From an uncultured Acidobacteriota bacterium (lineage in GTDB: Bacteria > Acidobacteriota > UBA6911), in NCBI GenBank assembly GCA_963809485.1, contig CAWEJX010000020.1:1024001-1088000 (forward strand): a stretch of 64,000 nucleotides of DNA, given 5' to 3'. Below, in pieces: positions 8,908-19,055 of this stretch. Every line of letters starts with the position of its first letter. Position 1 is the stretch's first letter. Below the pieces are notes generated by a model. It was not told the origin of the DNA. It saw only the letters and a list, made by a program, of their open reading frames with translations, and searched no databases. The position numbers and the translations under genes are program-made.

Positions 8908-10064
8908 TATAGGTGCGCATAAATAATTCGACATTATCGCCGCAATAGGCAATAATGTCGATATGCGCCCAATATTCGCCCAAGGAAACAAAAGCACCAT
9001 CTCTAAGTTGCTTAAACTTCGGCTCCAAGCACAGAAGGATAAAGTGCCGCGAGTAGTTCTCCGCATCCAGGGCATTCTGATGAGCCTGGCAGGACACACG
9101 ACAGGGATAATAGCCGATACACTAAAGGTGCATCGCAGTATCGTTCCGCTGTGGATCGATCACTGGAATCGTCATCGCTCCGAGGGATTGTGGGAAGGGC
9201 AGCGAAGCGGTCGGCCCAGCGGCCTGAGCCCGAAAGAGCGAGAGAAACTGTGCGACATTCTTGATAGCGGACCCGTAGCATATGGTTTGGAAACCGGGAT
9301 CTGGACCAGCCCGCTGGTCTGCCAAGTCATCGAAGAGGAATTCGGCCGGCAATATCACCCAGGGCATGTACGCAAACTACTCCGGGACTTGGGGTACTCA
9401 GTGCAACGTCCCACGACGCGGCTGGTACAGGCTGATTTGAAGCAAAAGCATAAATGGGTGCGCTACACGTACCCGAATCTAAAAAAAACGCCCAAAGTGA
9501 AGGGGCGGTGATCGTTTTCGAAGACGAGGCTTCATTTCGGCAGATGCCAACGCTGCATGCCACGTGGGCCAAACGGGGCAGCCAGCCGCAGATTCCTACG
9601 CGGGGAGAGCGCAATACGCAAAAGATCTTCGGCGCCGTCCGCCTGGACAACGCCAGCTTTATTTATCTGCACCAGCAAGATTATTTTCAGTGGGAAACTT
9701 ATTTAGCTTTCCTGGAGCAAGTCCTGGTACCCGCCTTTTACCGCCGGCGCCACCGGATCTACTTGGTGCAAGACAATGCGTCGTATCACAAAAAGGAGGA
9801 AACCTATAACTGGTTTGCTGCGAACCGCCGATACGTCGAGGTCTTCCAACTTCCCCCCTATTGGCCGGAACTGAATGCGACGGAACGGGTCTGGAACTAT
9901 ACGCGCAAGCACGTCACGCACAATCGGTTCTTTGAGAGACCGGAGGATCTTTGCAGCTGCCTCTTCGACAGATTCGATCATATTCAACATTATCCGCAAG
10001 AGATCGCAGGTCTACTTTGTCCCTTTTTTTGAATTTGATGTCGAATTATTTATGCGCACCTATA
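8908..10064 (+). mobile_element. IS630-family element
   Basis: TIR TATAGGTGCGCATAAATAATTCGACA at both ends; TA duplication; the empty site is CTAG. Confidence 0.92.
8963..10032 (+). CDS. IS630 transposase (HTH ORF 8963-9511 + DDE ORF to 10032, joined by -1 frameshift)
   Basis: A8 run at 9481-9488; FEDEAS, QDNASYH and LPPYWPELNATE motifs. Confidence 0.9.
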
Positions 10065-10558
10065 TAGATGTATAAATACATCTAGACAGATTCAAAAGTC
10101 AATCTGAAAAATGAGTGCGAAAATAGAAAAATCAGACAAAGCGAGCGGGAAGAACGGGAATTCGAGGATCAGGCCGGGGTCAAGGCGGCAATCTCCATAG
10201 ATGTTCCGAGATGGCTGTTCAGAGGAGTCAACGGAATAGGCATTCAGTTCCGCAGGCCTGGAGCTCAAGCCAACCGCGCCGTTGCCAAATTGGCGTCTGC
10301 ATCGTAGAAACAAAAGAACGCGAGACGGCCAAGACGCCCCGGGCATAACGGTCGAGAGCTAGTCAAGCGGTTTTTAAATCACTGTTTTGGGGAGGGATTT
10401 TGCCCGTGAAGATTAATGGATTTTGAGAAAAGCTCTATCCATGAGTTGTGTTCGGGTGTAGAAATGTTTTGTGAGATTAGGGTCTCTGGGTCTGCGGCAT
10501 GACTGGTACTGGACGTAATCTGGTCCCAAATTGATTCGACAGGGAAAGAGGGAGTTTC

Positions 10559-11461
10559 ATGATTAGCCTCAGGTTTCTGTATCTGTTTGTTCTTATATAT
10601 TTTGTGACTCCGTTTGTCTCCTCGGCAAGGGAAATCGCTCCCTTTGTTTCAACTGACTGGCTTGAGCAAAATTTGAACTCCCCTGGCTTGTTGATCTTCG
10701 ATGTCAGGAACGCTGCGGATTACAACAGGAGGCATATCCCCGGCTCCGTAAATTCCAACACGAGTTCATGGGCTGTCAACAAAAACGGGCTTCTGCGTGA
10801 ACTTCCGAGCGATCGTGACCTGCTGGAACTGCTGAGTTCGTTAGGAATTAGGGAAGACTCAAAAGTTGTGGCCGTTGGCAGTGGAACAGGCGATTTCGAT
10901 CGAGCCGATACCGTCAGGGTCGCGTGGACCATTCTCATCTCCGGAGTTAAGAACGTAGCTGTACTCGATGGCGGGTTTTCGAAATGGCTCAAGGAAAAAA
11001 AAGCTGTGACTGAAGAACAATCTATGCCACAACCAGCAGAGTACAAAGGCAAAGTGAATGGCTCAGCGGAAGTGACAAGAAAGTACGTTCTAAGCAAAAT
11101 TGGGAAGTCCATTATTGTGGATACTAGGCCCCCCGAGGTTTACTTCGGTATCGAGACAGAATCGTGGGCTCAAAAGCCAGGTCATATCAAAAGTGCGGTC
11201 AATCTGCCAACTCCATGGATATTTACCAAAGAAGGAATTCTGAGAAACCAGAGCGAACTGGAAAGCATGGCAACTGCAGTTATGGGCTCGAACAAGTCAG
11301 AGGAATACATCCTCTACTGCGGGGTCGGGGCTTACGCTACGGTTTGGTCTTATATAATGACTGAATTGCTGGGTTACAAAGACGTAAAGGTCTATGACGG
11401 CGCGATGCAAGAGTGGATTACAGATCCGTCAGGACCGATTAGTCTATACGGCTGGCATTAG
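10559..11461 (+). CDS. Tandem-domain rhodanese/sulfurtransferase with signal peptide
   Basis: VSTDWL, HIPGS, VLDGG, GHIKSA, active-site YCGVG and YDGAMQEW motifs. Confidence 0.92.
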   Translation: MISLRFLYLFVLIYFVTPFVSSAREIAPFVSTDWLEQNLNSPGLLIFDVRNAADYNRRHIPGSVNSNTSSWAVNKNGLLRELPSDRDLLELLSSLGIREDSKVVAVGSGTGDFDRADTVRVAWTILISGVKNVAVLDGGFSKWLKEKKAVTEEQSMPQPAEYKGKVNGSAEVTRKYVLSKIGKSIIVDTRPPEVYFGIETESWAQKPGHIKSAVNLPTPWIFTKEGILRNQSELESMATAVMGSNKSEEYILYCGVGAYATVWSYIMTELLGYKDVKVYDGAMQEWITDPSGPISLYGWH

Positions 11462-11837
11462 TGAATCACTCTGCAAGAACACTCTGGACAGAATAACCAT
11501 CACTTCGGCAACGCCCATGTCTTTGACCCTTACCCCCTTTTGCAGAACTTCAGAAACATAACCGAGAGGAGATAACGAGACAAACGCAACTCACCGGCAG
11601 AGACGAAGCAGGGAGGGGTGGTTCCTCGACCATGATCAGAGGTGTGGAGATGTTGGCGGATAACCCAAGATAGAAGCTGGTCAGTCGAGAAAAAACCTCG
11701 CTCATTTAGGGATCAGTATTTATTGAGATTGCAGCGCCCCCATGAGCATTCTCGCTTCAACGTGTATATTGGGACTGGCAAATAGCCTACAAAATCGCCG
11801 GGCTTTGAATAATCTTGAACGTACTAAAATCCAGCCG

Positions 11838-12959
11838 CTACGTACACAGCTGGTTCTCTAACGGCAACCTCAGCATGCTTACGGCGTTCCGAGTGAATAT
11901 CTTCATTTTCTCAGTCTCGGGAATACTCATTTGCGCAACCGAGGATATCATTTGTTCATTCATCGGACTCAAGGGATCGCCCGTTCCAAAAAGCATTCGA
12001 TCCGCGCCGAAGAAGTCATATCTACGCATCAGTTCATCCGAATTCCCATGACAGGCAGTGTCGTTATAGAACCTGCGGAAATGCTCCTCCAGCGTGCAAA
12101 GGAGGGGCTTTGTTCCGCTTTCATGCCCGCCAGTCGTCCCCTTCAACTGTTTCTCGAAGTAGGGCAGTATCGCAGCACAGTGGCGGGTTATGAACTTGAT
12201 GTTAGGATAATCGTTGAAAATACCCGCCTTCACCAGGCGGTACGTGGCAACGGAAGTTTCAATTGCCCAGGTGAGAATTCCTTCCTCCTGGTCGAGGCCG
12301 TCATAGACACTAGGATGAAGCCAGATCGGAAGGTCATATCCTGTCATTTTCTTCCATAACGGTTTGAATTGCAGCTGGTCCAATGACCCTCCCGCTACGC
12401 GAGTGCATATTTGCACCCCCTTAAATCCTAGCTGGGTAATTGTGCGGTCTGCCTCCTGTAAGGCGGCGTCCATGTTGTTCGTGGGCAGGCATGCCACGGC
12501 GGCAGCGAATTTATGCGGATATTTTGCCAGCAATTCGGCTAGCTCGTCATTGGCTAGTGCGGCTAATTCAGCCGCCTGGTTCGGCGTGACATAAATGTCC
12601 TGAGGTGGGCTGGCAATCGTCAGGACCTGTAACACGTCAGGGAATCTGTCCATGAGCCTCATTCGGTAATCGATGTCGGAAATCGCCCTGCTTCTAGCCT
12701 CGACATGGGCGATGGCATTATTTTTCTTTGCATAAGCCGCCAGATACTTGCGGGGCAAAACCTGCGCAAAAACATCGATTTTTAACGCGTCCTTGGCCGC
12801 GGCATAGACGACCTCCGCTTTTGCCTTCAGAGTCGGAGCAGCGACAGCTGTGCTACTGCCCAATGCGCCTGCGACAGTTACTCCAGCCGCACCTGCGGCT
12901 ACATTCCTCACGAAATCCCTGCGCGTCGTGCATCTTTGGTTTTTTTTGGCGGAGCTCAT
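11838..12959 (-). CDS. Amidohydrolase_2 (ACMSD/LigW-like) protein with twin-arginine leader
   Basis: NDELAE, LPIWLHP and RMLFGTG motifs; N-terminal TRRDFV. Confidence 0.85.
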   Translation of the reverse strand: MSSAKKNQRCTTRRDFVRNVAAGAAGVTVAGALGSSTAVAAPTLKAKAEVVYAAAKDALKIDVFAQVLPRKYLAAYAKKNNAIAHVEARSRAISDIDYRMRLMDRFPDVLQVLTIASPPQDIYVTPNQAAELAALANDELAELLAKYPHKFAAAVACLPTNNMDAALQEADRTITQLGFKGVQICTRVAGGSLDQLQFKPLWKKMTGYDLPIWLHPSVYDGLDQEEGILTWAIETSVATYRLVKAGIFNDYPNIKFITRHCAAILPYFEKQLKGTTGGHESGTKPLLCTLEEHFRRFYNDTACHGNSDELMRRYDFFGADRMLFGTGDPLSPMNEQMISSVAQMSIPETEKMKIFTRNAVSMLRLPLENQLCT

Positions 12960-13149
12960 TGCTACCTCCGTTCTCTGATGAAGTAAAGCCTTATTCTACG
13001 ACTATTCGGGAAAACTTGGAACCACAATGGCACCCCAATTTCCTATCCCGGATCAGGCAATCAGTCTTTGCGCTCAAAAAAACATCGCGGGCAACGGGCT
13101 CATTCTGCTAGCTGCAGATTACCGGCCCGTTGCGTGCGCGTCGCATATG

Positions 13150-13179
13150 TTGACATACATCAGAACCACGGACTATAGT
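13150..13179 (+). promoter_or_regulatory. Sigma70-type promoter
   Basis: TTGACA-N18-TATAGT upstream of 13217. Confidence 0.6.
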
Positions 13180-13216
13180 ATTGGGAACTGCTTGACCTTT
13201 TTGGGGGGATTAAATC

Positions 13217-13471
13217 TTGGCTATTGAGATCCAAATCAGCAAGCAAGCGCAGATCGCGATGTCGCAGCGTCGCATCCTGGAGGAAGACATCAGGCCGGTC
13301 ATCGAAGAGGCAGAGACGAGCGGGACAAAGCTCTATCAACCGGGTACGGACCTATATCTGGCCAAAAAAACCACCGACTATGCGACATTCTACGCAAAAT
13401 ATTCCTATACTCCCCCAGTTTACACGATTCATACTGTGTACATGCACCGGTCGAAAATTATTGAGGGTTAG
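13217..13471 (+). CDS. Small protein resembling the C-terminal domain of DVU_1558-type oxidoreductases (DUF4258/BrnT-like)
   Basis: RRILEEDI..VIEEAE.SG.KL...HTVYMHR pattern; coupled to the next gene. Confidence 0.65.
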   Translation: MAIEIQISKQAQIAMSQRRILEEDIRPVIEEAETSGTKLYQPGTDLYLAKKTTDYATFYAKYSYTPPVYTIHTVYMHRSKIIEG

Positions 13472-13474
13472 GCG

Positions 13475-13657
13475 GTGGAAAAGTGGAGCTGCTACAAGGA
13501 CAAAGTAGAAATGGAGGAAGTCAAGGTAGCAGCAAGTTACCTTGACGCTACACAATACGTACAGGGATTTAGGTGTCCTAAATGCGGTGTCGCTTATCTC
13601 ATGGAACAAGTTTCCCAGCAGCTGTGCGACGGCGAAGAGCTGGTGGAGCCCAAGTGA
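13475..13657 (+). CDS. DVU_1557-family small Cys protein (YgiT-like zinc finger)
   Basis: W-x-C...RCPKCG..YL.E...EELVEPK. Confidence 0.75.
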   Translation: MEKWSCYKDKVEMEEVKVAASYLDATQYVQGFRCPKCGVAYLMEQVSQQLCDGEELVEPK

Positions 13658-13852
13658 GATTTCGATGCTGGGGGAAGGGCATAAGCACAGGACTTTGCCC
13701 CTTAAGGTTGGATCCTATTCTGAAAGTTGGCTAAGCAAAAGTCTGTTTGGATCGAAGGGGCTTCTTTGCTCAGGTAGCCTGACAGCCCGGCGGCGAGTGT
13801 TGCTTTACAGCTGGGAAGAGATGGAGAGTTCGCGCTTGCTGCAGGAGCAGAA

Positions 13853-15223
13853 ATGGAATGCGCTCAACTTGAAGTCTACCTAGCCGGTAAGATCGAAGAA
13901 GCCCAAGATTCGGATTCAGCGCAGGCGCATCTGCTCACCAGCAGGGTCAGGCGGCTGAACAGGGAGGATATCGAACGTTACCAGCTCCTGCGGCTTAAAA
14001 GTGCTCTCACCTATGCCTACACCCGCAGTTCATTTTATCGTACTGCCTTTGATTCGCAGCGCATTAGGCCCGAGGATCTGAAATCGCCAACGGACCTGAC
14101 CTTGTTTCCGTTCACTGAGCCAAGCGAAATGGCGCGAGATCCTTACGCTTTTGCCTGCGTATCCCAAGCGCTTATCGCGCGGGCCATCACCTTTTTTTCC
14201 TCAGGCACCACCGGCCCAAAGAAACGAGTCTTCTTCACGGAAGGAGATTTGGAGCGAATAACGGACTTTATGGCGGCTGGCATGCGCACGGTGGCCTCGG
14301 CTGGAGACGCCGTTCAGATCATGCTGCCGGCTGGGCCGGCCAACAGCCAGGCCGATCTTCTATCCAAGGGAGTCAGAAAAATGGGCGGCGTGTCCATCGT
14401 CACCGGAACGGCAGCAACAGACGTGCAGATAGACTCCATAAAGCGGCACCATCCCAAGGTGTTGTTCGGTTACACATCAAACGTCTATCGGTTAACCCTT
14501 GAAGCGCAGAGACAGTTTGACCTTTCCGGGCTCGGAGTGCATACCGTGTTCCTCAGTTCAGAGTATCTGTCTTCAACTATGAGGAGGAATATGAGGCGGA
14601 TCTGGCAGGCCGAGATAGTTACCCACTACGGGCTGACAGAGATGGGGCTCGGGGTAGCCGTGGAATGCAGCGGCGGCGATGGCTATCACTTCAATGAAGC
14701 GGATCTTTTTCTGGAGGTCATCGATCCGGAAACCGGCAGGGTTCTGCCCTTGGGCCAAGAAGGGGAGCTGGTCTTTACTACGCTGACACGCGAGGCGATG
14801 CCGCTTCTTAGGTACAGGACTCACGACATTGCTGGGATAGTCGGGCGGCCCTGCATGTGCGGCGCCGGAAGTTTGCTCAAGTTCGGCACTGTCGCCCGCC
14901 GACGCGAGGATCTTGCCAAAATCGGCAACCAAATCATAAGCTCAGCGCTTCTGGACGAGGCACTTTTTGGCTTGACGGCAGTTTTGGACTGGCGCGCCAA
15001 GCTTCTCCGGGATGCTTCCGGGGAAAGGCTTTGCATTCGTGCTGAAAAAGCGCCGGACGGACGCCTGGAGGAAGAAGACGTCCGAAGGGTACTGCTGTCA
15101 GTCGACGCCATTCGCCAATGCTTTCAAGAAGGCAGCCTCGATGCAATTGATGTGGAAGTGCTGCCGGCGGGAAGCCTAGTGTGTAAGACCAGCGCGAAAA
15201 AGCTGATCGTCGACAACCGCTAG
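13853..15223 (+). CDS. Phenylacetate-CoA ligase-like AMP-forming enzyme (DVU_1553 family)
   Basis: SSGTTG, HYGLTEMG, GELVFTTL and MPLLRYRTHD motifs. Confidence 0.88.
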   Translation: MECAQLEVYLAGKIEEAQDSDSAQAHLLTSRVRRLNREDIERYQLLRLKSALTYAYTRSSFYRTAFDSQRIRPEDLKSPTDLTLFPFTEPSEMARDPYAFACVSQALIARAITFFSSGTTGPKKRVFFTEGDLERITDFMAAGMRTVASAGDAVQIMLPAGPANSQADLLSKGVRKMGGVSIVTGTAATDVQIDSIKRHHPKVLFGYTSNVYRLTLEAQRQFDLSGLGVHTVFLSSEYLSSTMRRNMRRIWQAEIVTHYGLTEMGLGVAVECSGGDGYHFNEADLFLEVIDPETGRVLPLGQEGELVFTTLTREAMPLLRYRTHDIAGIVGRPCMCGAGSLLKFGTVARRREDLAKIGNQIISSALLDEALFGLTAVLDWRAKLLRDASGERLCIRAEKAPDGRLEEEDVRRVLLSVDAIRQCFQEGSLDAIDVEVLPAGSLVCKTSAKKLIVDNR

Positions 15224-15774
15224 CAAAACACTTTCTTGGTTGTCTTCCGCAAAAAATTCTGGAGGCACCAATTACCGTTGCACTTGATTTTCATGCAGCG
15301 ATTTCCATGAAGGCATAGGAAGGATTAGCTGCCTCCTTGGTTCCAGGTTCCTCAGGGGCCTCTCCCTGTTTGATCCCGTAGGAATGCTGATAAGGTGTGA
15401 TAGGTAACCTTCAGAGATCCGATCTCACCAATTGATCGAAATCGGCATTATCTTACATGCGGACTGTGTATGTTCCGAGGCTAAACGCTGAGAGCTGAAA
15501 GCTGATAGCGCGCGGCCTCCAAGAATCTCGACTACTTGGTTGCGGCCTTGGGCCGCGCCAGGGAGTGATAGGGCCTGTTTTTCGACAAACACGAAGGAAT
15601 AATTGACGCATTCGATCCTGAGTGTATATGCCTCTGCACTTGATGGTCATGTTTTTCCCGTCTTTGAGAATCGTTCGTGTACCCCTTCCAGTGGAGAGGG
15701 AAAATCCGTCTGGCATCGTACCTGGTTTAAGACCTGTTTGCACCGCCGCAATCTGTGGCCCAAGAGCAGAACTG

Positions 15775-15850
15775 TCTCCTGCCAAAGGACTCCAGCTCGT
15801 CCGGTATTATGGGGACTATAGCAACAAGTCCCGAGGACCACGGCGGCGCC
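15775..15850 (+). pseudogene. IS91-like (Y2) transposase C-terminal remnant
   Basis: KGLQLVRYYGDYSNKSRG resembles the VRYYG motif. Confidence 0.5.
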
Positions 15851-15965
15851 TAAACCTGCCGCCGAGACTGGGCGCGCCTTATTCGCAAAGTGTATCGTGC
15901 CGATCACCGGATTCAATACATTTTCACCGCATATTGAGCATGAGCATGGTAGTTGATGGTTTTTG

Positions 15966-16546
15966 GGTCCTTCCGTCATCTACGGTTGTTACGCTGCCAT
16001 TTTCTGTTCTCTGACTCTACTTAAAACTGCCTTTACGTAAATAAAAATGATCACAAAAAGAATTCGCCGCTGATCAGCCATGAATACCTCCCTGAAGCTG
16101 AGTCGTTTGGAGACCAATCCGGCCTGTGACAAGAGGCGGCTGCTTTTTCGAGCCAGCGATCGACGGTATTCCAAGCAATTCGCTTTAACCGAGCAATCGC
16201 GGACTTGTTCAGTCCCTCAACGCTGAGATTGAAAACATCATCGAAAGTTGTGCGTCGGTGTTGGATTCGATGGTAGGGTGTTCCGGAATTGGAGCAGAAG
16301 GTTTTGCCGCAAGTGCCGCAACGATATCGACGACGATGCCCCCACTTGGTTTTGTAGAATCCGTGGCCGATGATGTTTCCGAAAACGGCTTTTCCCGCCA
16401 GTGGACATTCCCTGTTTGGGCAGCTGAGACTCTTCATTGTTTTTGAACCGTGTCAATGATGGAACTGATTGCATGGAATTGAGTTTCAAACTATATCATG
16501 TGTGGGAGTTACGGTCGCCCTGCCAACAGTCGACGGCGGAAGCACC
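15966..16546 (-). mobile_element. Internally deleted IS1-like element (non-autonomous copy of 19399-22940)
   Basis: Near-identical to both ends of the full copy, with both IRs kept; the DDE region is deleted at about 16130. Confidence 0.9.
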
Positions 16547-16651
16547 ACTTGGGGCGGATACCTGCTCAGTTGACAGAAAAGCCCTTGTGGGAAGTAGCGA
16601 ATCAACTGACCATGTAACGTGCAAACCAAAAACAGCGAGCATCATTCCACT

Positions 16652-16876
16652 TCAATTTTGCTGATTATTGATTTCCTGGCAGCCAATCAAATTATCGGGA
16701 TCCACATTCACTGTTTTCTCTTGTGCACCCAATAGAACGCTGATCTTTATTCGGCGAGGGCAGACTCGGACCACGATTGCCGGGATTTGAGCTACTCTCC
16801 AGCCAGTAACAAAAGACCGTCCTGGTGAACGGAGCCAGATTACGTGATCTCCCGGTCGCATGTCGTACCCCATCAT
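16652..16876 (-). CDS. Small hypothetical protein (KOW/SH3-like) coupled to the helicase loader
   Basis: ATG 1 nt after the loader stop; RPGDHVIW...VNVDPDNL. Confidence 0.6.
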   Translation of the reverse strand: MMGYDMRPGDHVIWLRSPGRSFVTGWRVAQIPAIVVRVCPRRIKISVLLGAQEKTVNVDPDNLIGCQEINNQQN

Positions 16877-16877
16877 C

Positions 16878-17600
16878 TCAAACCTCAATGACTCTGCACA
16901 TGTCGTCAAGGCGGCGGACGATGGCAGGATGCATGCGCTCGTGTTCGACAAGGTTACGCATCGAGTAATTTCCGGTTACGGTCAGGCCGTGTTTCTGACG
17001 GTAGAGGCTGTCGACCAGATCGAAGAGGACCTCGGTTTTGAAGTCTGTCAGCTTCAACTTGTCAATGTCGTCCCAGAACAAGTGATACGCTTCGCGTCGG
17101 GATGCGGCGGCGAGCACAGGTGACACGAAAGCTTCGTCGAATTCAGCGCGTCGCAGTTCCTCAACGAGTTCCCGGGTCGTGCGCACGTGACAACGCACGT
17201 TTCCGAAAACCACGATTTTCCGATACTGGGCGTAGAGCAGATGAGTTTTGCCGTTCCCATAGGCACCGGTGAGATACCAGCTGCCGCTGGGATCTTTCCG
17301 CATCAGAGAAAGGGCACGTTGCTGCTTCGGATCACGCGGCTTGAAAGATTCGAAAGAGCAGTCCTTGAACCGTTCCGGAATGCGTTCCAGATAGCGAGCC
17401 CGTGCCTTCTCTGCCACACACTCACATTGCTTCATTCCGGCACTTTCCGGCAGATCAATCCATCGCCAGCCGCTGTCCCTGCAATGCGGACATTCATATT
17501 CACGTTCATTGACGGGGCCGATATATGAGATCTCCGCGGCTCGTTCTTCGGCTCGAAGTGCCGCCGGGCTCGCAGTCAAAATTCGTGCCACTGATTGCAT
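16878..17600 (-). CDS. DnaC/IstB-like helicase loader ATPase
   Basis: Zn motif CPHC...CEC, IPERF, Walker A GAYGNGKT, Walker B LFWDDI. Confidence 0.88.
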   Translation of the reverse strand: MQSVARILTASPAALRAEERAAEISYIGPVNEREYECPHCRDSGWRWIDLPESAGMKQCECVAEKARARYLERIPERFKDCSFESFKPRDPKQQRALSLMRKDPSGSWYLTGAYGNGKTHLLYAQYRKIVVFGNVRCHVRTTRELVEELRRAEFDEAFVSPVLAAASRREAYHLFWDDIDKLKLTDFKTEVLFDLVDSLYRQKHGLTVTGNYSMRNLVEHERMHPAIVRRLDDMCRVIEV

Positions 17601-17613
17601 TGTGCCCTCCGTT

Positions 17614-18390
17614 TCAGTTGGTTGGCGCCGCCGCTGGACCGTCGTATTTCCCCTCCAGCACCGCGTAGACGTTCACGTGATTCGCAACAAACCAGTCGAA
17701 GCTCGCCCGCCATCCGCGCGCACCCTCCCCGCGAAGGAAGGGGGTCTGCTGAGCCTTCTTGACTGCCTCCGAAAAATCTGCGAGGTATTGTTCAAGGCAT
17801 CCGTCGCGGACGGCCTGGTCAATCCTTGACCGGCACTTTTTCAGCCTTTCGGCTGTAAGCGCCTTCACCTCGGGCAGCGATTGGTTTTGTTGCTTGTAGA
17901 TTTCAAAAAGGATTTTGGAAGATACGCGGTCGCCGTCGCCAGACGGCATGTGTGTGTCTTTCTTTTCTACTTCTTTAAAACCTTCTTTTACTACTTCTTT
18001 TATTTTGTATCGCTCGGCGTACCGCTTCCCGTATCGCTCGCCGTACCGCGTCTGGTTGTAAGTCTCGTAATTGCAGACAATAAAGTGTCCCGCTTCCTGT
18101 ACCGGTTGCCGTACCGCTTCGCGTACCACCCGCGAAATCATTGAGTGTTCGAGCAACTGGTCGATGAAACGCTGGGTTTTGCCGTGGCTCCAGTTGAAGC
18201 ACTCGGATAGGTAACGGATGCTGGCCACGAACTCTCCTCTCTTGAGTCCGGTCTTCTCGTCATCCTTGCCGGCGGCCAGAACATTAATAATGTAGAGCCA
18301 AGCTTCAAGCCGGGAGAACTTCTTCCCGGGCTCGCAGAGAAGGGGATTTGCCCAGATCTTCCTCCAGAGGAGCGTGTAGCCTCGGTTCAT
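17614..18390 (-). CDS. Phage-type replication initiator protein
   Basis: GY..LWRKI, RG...SIRYL...W, ICNY..YN and WRASFDWF...VLEGKY motifs; located upstream of a DnaC-like loader. Confidence 0.8.
   Translation of the reverse strand: MNRGYTLLWRKIWANPLLCEPGKKFSRLEAWLYIINVLAAGKDDEKTGLKRGEFVASIRYLSECFNWSHGKTQRFIDQLLEHSMISRVVREAVRQPVQEAGHFIVCNYETYNQTRYGERYGKRYAERYKIKEVVKEGFKEVEKKDTHMPSGDGDRVSSKILFEIYKQQNQSLPEVKALTAERLKKCRSRIDQAVRDGCLEQYLADFSEAVKKAQQTPFLRGEGARGWRASFDWFVANHVNVYAVLEGKYDGPAAAPTN
17960..18132. repeat. Iteron-like 12-bp repeats plus AT-rich tract (putative replication origin)
   Basis: Four tandem 12-mers from about 18007 (GTATCGCTCGGC, GTACCGCTTCCC, GTATCGCTCGCC, GTACCGCGTCTG) and three more from about 18099, next to a T-rich tract at 17960-18006. 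Confidence 0.7.
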
Positions 18391-18540
18391 GATGATCCCC
18401 GATCAAGCGTGATCGCGGTCAAAATCGTCCGCGGTCACGCTTGCGTTTTGTTTGCATCTGGAGGTTGCACAGGTTGGAATAAGTATGAATATTTGGCAGG
18501 AAAACGCGTAAATCTTTTGTTTTCAATGGGCCAAACGCAG

Positions 18541-18585
18541 TTCGTAATCAGTAGGTCCCCGGTTCAAGTCCGGGCGCTGGCTTCA
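18541..18585 (+). other. 3' half of tRNA-Thr(CGT): att-site fragment
   Basis: TTCGTAATCAGTAGGTCCCCGGTTCAAGTCCGGGCGCTGGCTTCA gives the anticodon loop, T-arm and 3' acceptor strand; the 5' half is absent. Confidence 0.85.
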
Positions 18586-19055
18586 TGAAAACAAAAGAAT
18601 TATAACAATTCCAAGCATCCCAACAAAAGTCAAAATAGCAAATTTGGTTCCAATTTGGTTCCAAAATGCGCGAGCTCAGTTTGAGCCAACTGAACGTCCT
18701 GGCTAAAGCTCATAATAGAGGCTTTCCCTTCTTCCTGGATAAATCCGGCACCCTCTTGGAAGTAATCTTGTGGCGGAAACGCCCGCTGGCTGGCTTGGGC
18801 CGCAATCTCCTTACCGGTTCGAGGATCCAGTCCCTGGCGGAGAGATTCAAAGTGCTCCCGCATTTTTTCCCATGAAAGCCCAAGAAGCGCTGCTCCTCGC
18901 CATCTCCACATCCTTCTTGTTCAAGCCAGCTTACCGTTACTTGATAGCCGCAAAACAGGAAACTGAAGAACCACGGGTTTCCTGTTTCGTGACGATGGGA
19001 CGACAGGGACGCTCCCCCTGGAATACCGGAGGCCGACACACAGATTACTTCTGCC

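Noticed and set aside
10165-10365. Possible IS end or attC-like site (CTCCATAG, GCATAAC)
   Set aside because: No partner end or complete attC structure could be found.
18500-18585. Functional tRNA-Thr gene
   Set aside because: The 5' acceptor strand and D-arm are absent.
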